A stretch of DNA of 64,000 bases. It comes from an uncultured Candidatus Rokubacteria bacterium. Lineage in GTDB: Bacteria; Methylomirabilota; Methylomirabilia; Rokubacteriales; DASRDR01. The notes beneath the pieces are model-generated. The model made no database searches, was not told the DNA's origin, and saw nothing but the letters and a program-made list of their open reading frames with translations. Below, in pieces: positions 62,932-64,000 of this stretch (within the stretch, counting starts at the first letter, position 1; each line of letters starts with the position of its first letter). The stretch lies in the NCBI GenBank assembly GCA_963708025.1, contig CAVPSB010000010.1, forward strand, positions 1-64,000. Reading direction: 5' to 3'. A program made the translations under genes and the position numbers.

Positions 62932-64000
62932 ATGTCCATGCCGATCGAGCGCATCTCGCCCTGGTCGTGGCGCATCCCGCCCGATGCCCGGCCCGGAATG
63001 CGGGTACCGGGCATCGTGTATGCCGACGACGAGCTGATGGCGCTGATCCGCCGCGACGCGTCCCTCGAGCAGGTGGCCAACGGCGCCACCCTCCCCGGCA
63101 TCGTGAAGGCGTCGATGGCGATGCCCGACATCCACCAGGGCTATGGCCTGCCGGTCGGGGGCGTCGTGGCGACCGACGCCCGCCACGGGGTGATCAGCCC
63201 CGGGGGCGTCGGCTACGACATCAACTGCGGGGTCCGTCTCCTGCGCACGCGGCTCGGCCGGGAGGACGTCGCCCCGCGGCTGGCCGGCCTCATGGACGCG
63301 CTGGCCGCCGCCGTCCCCTCGGGCGTCGGCTCGCGCGGGCGACTCCGGCTCTCCCCGCACGACGAGCGGCGCGGCGCCGTCCTGAAGGGCGCCCGCTGGG
63401 CGGTGGAGCAGGGATTCGGCGAGGCGGACGATCTCGCCCACATCGAATCTCACGGGACGATTCCGGGCGCGGATCCGGACGCGGTCTCGAGCAAGGCCTA
63501 CGAGCGGGGGCGGAGTCAGCTCGGCACGCTCGGCTCGGGCAACCACTTCCTCGAGGTGCAGGTCGTCGACGAGATCCGCGCGCCCGAAGTGGCGGGCGCG
63601 CTCGGGCTCGAGCTGGGCGTGGTCACGATCATGATCCACACGGGCTCCCGGGGCCTGGGCCACCAGGTCTGCACCGAGGCGCTGGTCAGCATGCAGCCGG
63701 CGATGCGCCGGTACGGCATCAGCCTGCCCGACCGGCAGCTCGCCTGCGCCCCGGTGGACTCGCCCGAGGCCCGGGCGTATCTCGGCGCCATGCGGGCGGC
63801 CGCCAACTTCGCCTTTGCCAACCGGCAGGTGCTGGCCCACTTCGCGCGCGAGGCCTTCGAGCAGGCGCTCGGCCTTCCGCCCCGCGACGTCGGGATGGCG
63901 CTCGTCTACGACGTGGCCCACAACATCGCCAAGGAGGAGGAGCACGAGCTGGACGGCCGGCGGCTCAAGGTGCTGGTGCACCGCAAGGGAGCGACCCGGG
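62932..64000 (+). CDS. rtcB: RtcB RNA ligase, runs off the window end, not in ORF track
   Basis: Manual translation MPDIHQGYGLPVGG, GGVGYDINCGVR, LGTLGSGNHFLE, IHTGSRGLGH, YDVAHNIAK, VHRKGAT. Confidence 0.95.
   Translation, partial: MSMPIERISPWSWRIPPDARPGMRVPGIVYADDELMALIRRDASLEQVANGATLPGIVKASMAMPDIHQGYGLPVGGVVATDARHGVISPGGVGYDINCGVRLLRTRLGREDVAPRLAGLMDALAAAVPSGVGSRGRLRLSPHDERRGAVLKGARWAVEQGFGEADDLAHIESHGTIPGADPDAVSSKAYERGRSQLGTLGSGNHFLEVQVVDEIRAPEVAGALGLELGVVTIMIHTGSRGLGHQVCTEALVSMQPAMRRYGISLPDRQLACAPVDSPEARAYLGAMRAAANFAFANRQVLAHFAREAFEQALGLPPRDVGMALVYDVAHNIAKEEEHELDGRRLKVLVHRKGATR

Noticed and set aside
1-64000. CRISPR array or cas genes
   Set aside because: No regularly spaced repeat-spacer series or Cas motifs seen

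Overview
High-GC bacterial window with many single-base frameshifts in otherwise intact genes, most likely uncorrected long-read indels. Bases ~1-41200 are a layered accessory/defence island. It holds DUF433 and DUF104 antitoxins, an AbiEi/AbiEii pair, a small protein coupled to a Rad50/RloC-like ABC ATPase, and an EcoAI-type type I R-M locus (hsdR split by an IS3-family element; hsdM apparently fused to a single TRD). It also holds a capsid-less integrase/Xis/primase-helicase element, a PD-(D/E)XK nuclease cassette, a UvrD remnant split by a second IS3, an XPB-DUF790 pair, VapBC and msrBA. Three tRNA/tmRNA 3' fragments (4058, 33089, 41164) and several arm-type and iteron-like repeats look like integration scars. 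Bases ~41800-45700 are two-component genes. Bases ~45800-60100 are a minus-strand metal-homeostasis cluster (NikR, CopC, CopD fusions, CusF-like, cytochrome c-P19 fusion, ABC permease). The window ends with an oxidoreductase, pilT and a partial rtcB. Most notable: three His/Cys-containing leader ORFs ending in RAPP/RGPP ribosome-arrest motifs, each heading a metal-transport sub-operon, and an exported rhodanese with an in-frame UGA plus a SECIS-like hairpin next to a Cys-containing paralog. All family assignments come from motif recognition by eye, not from database searches.
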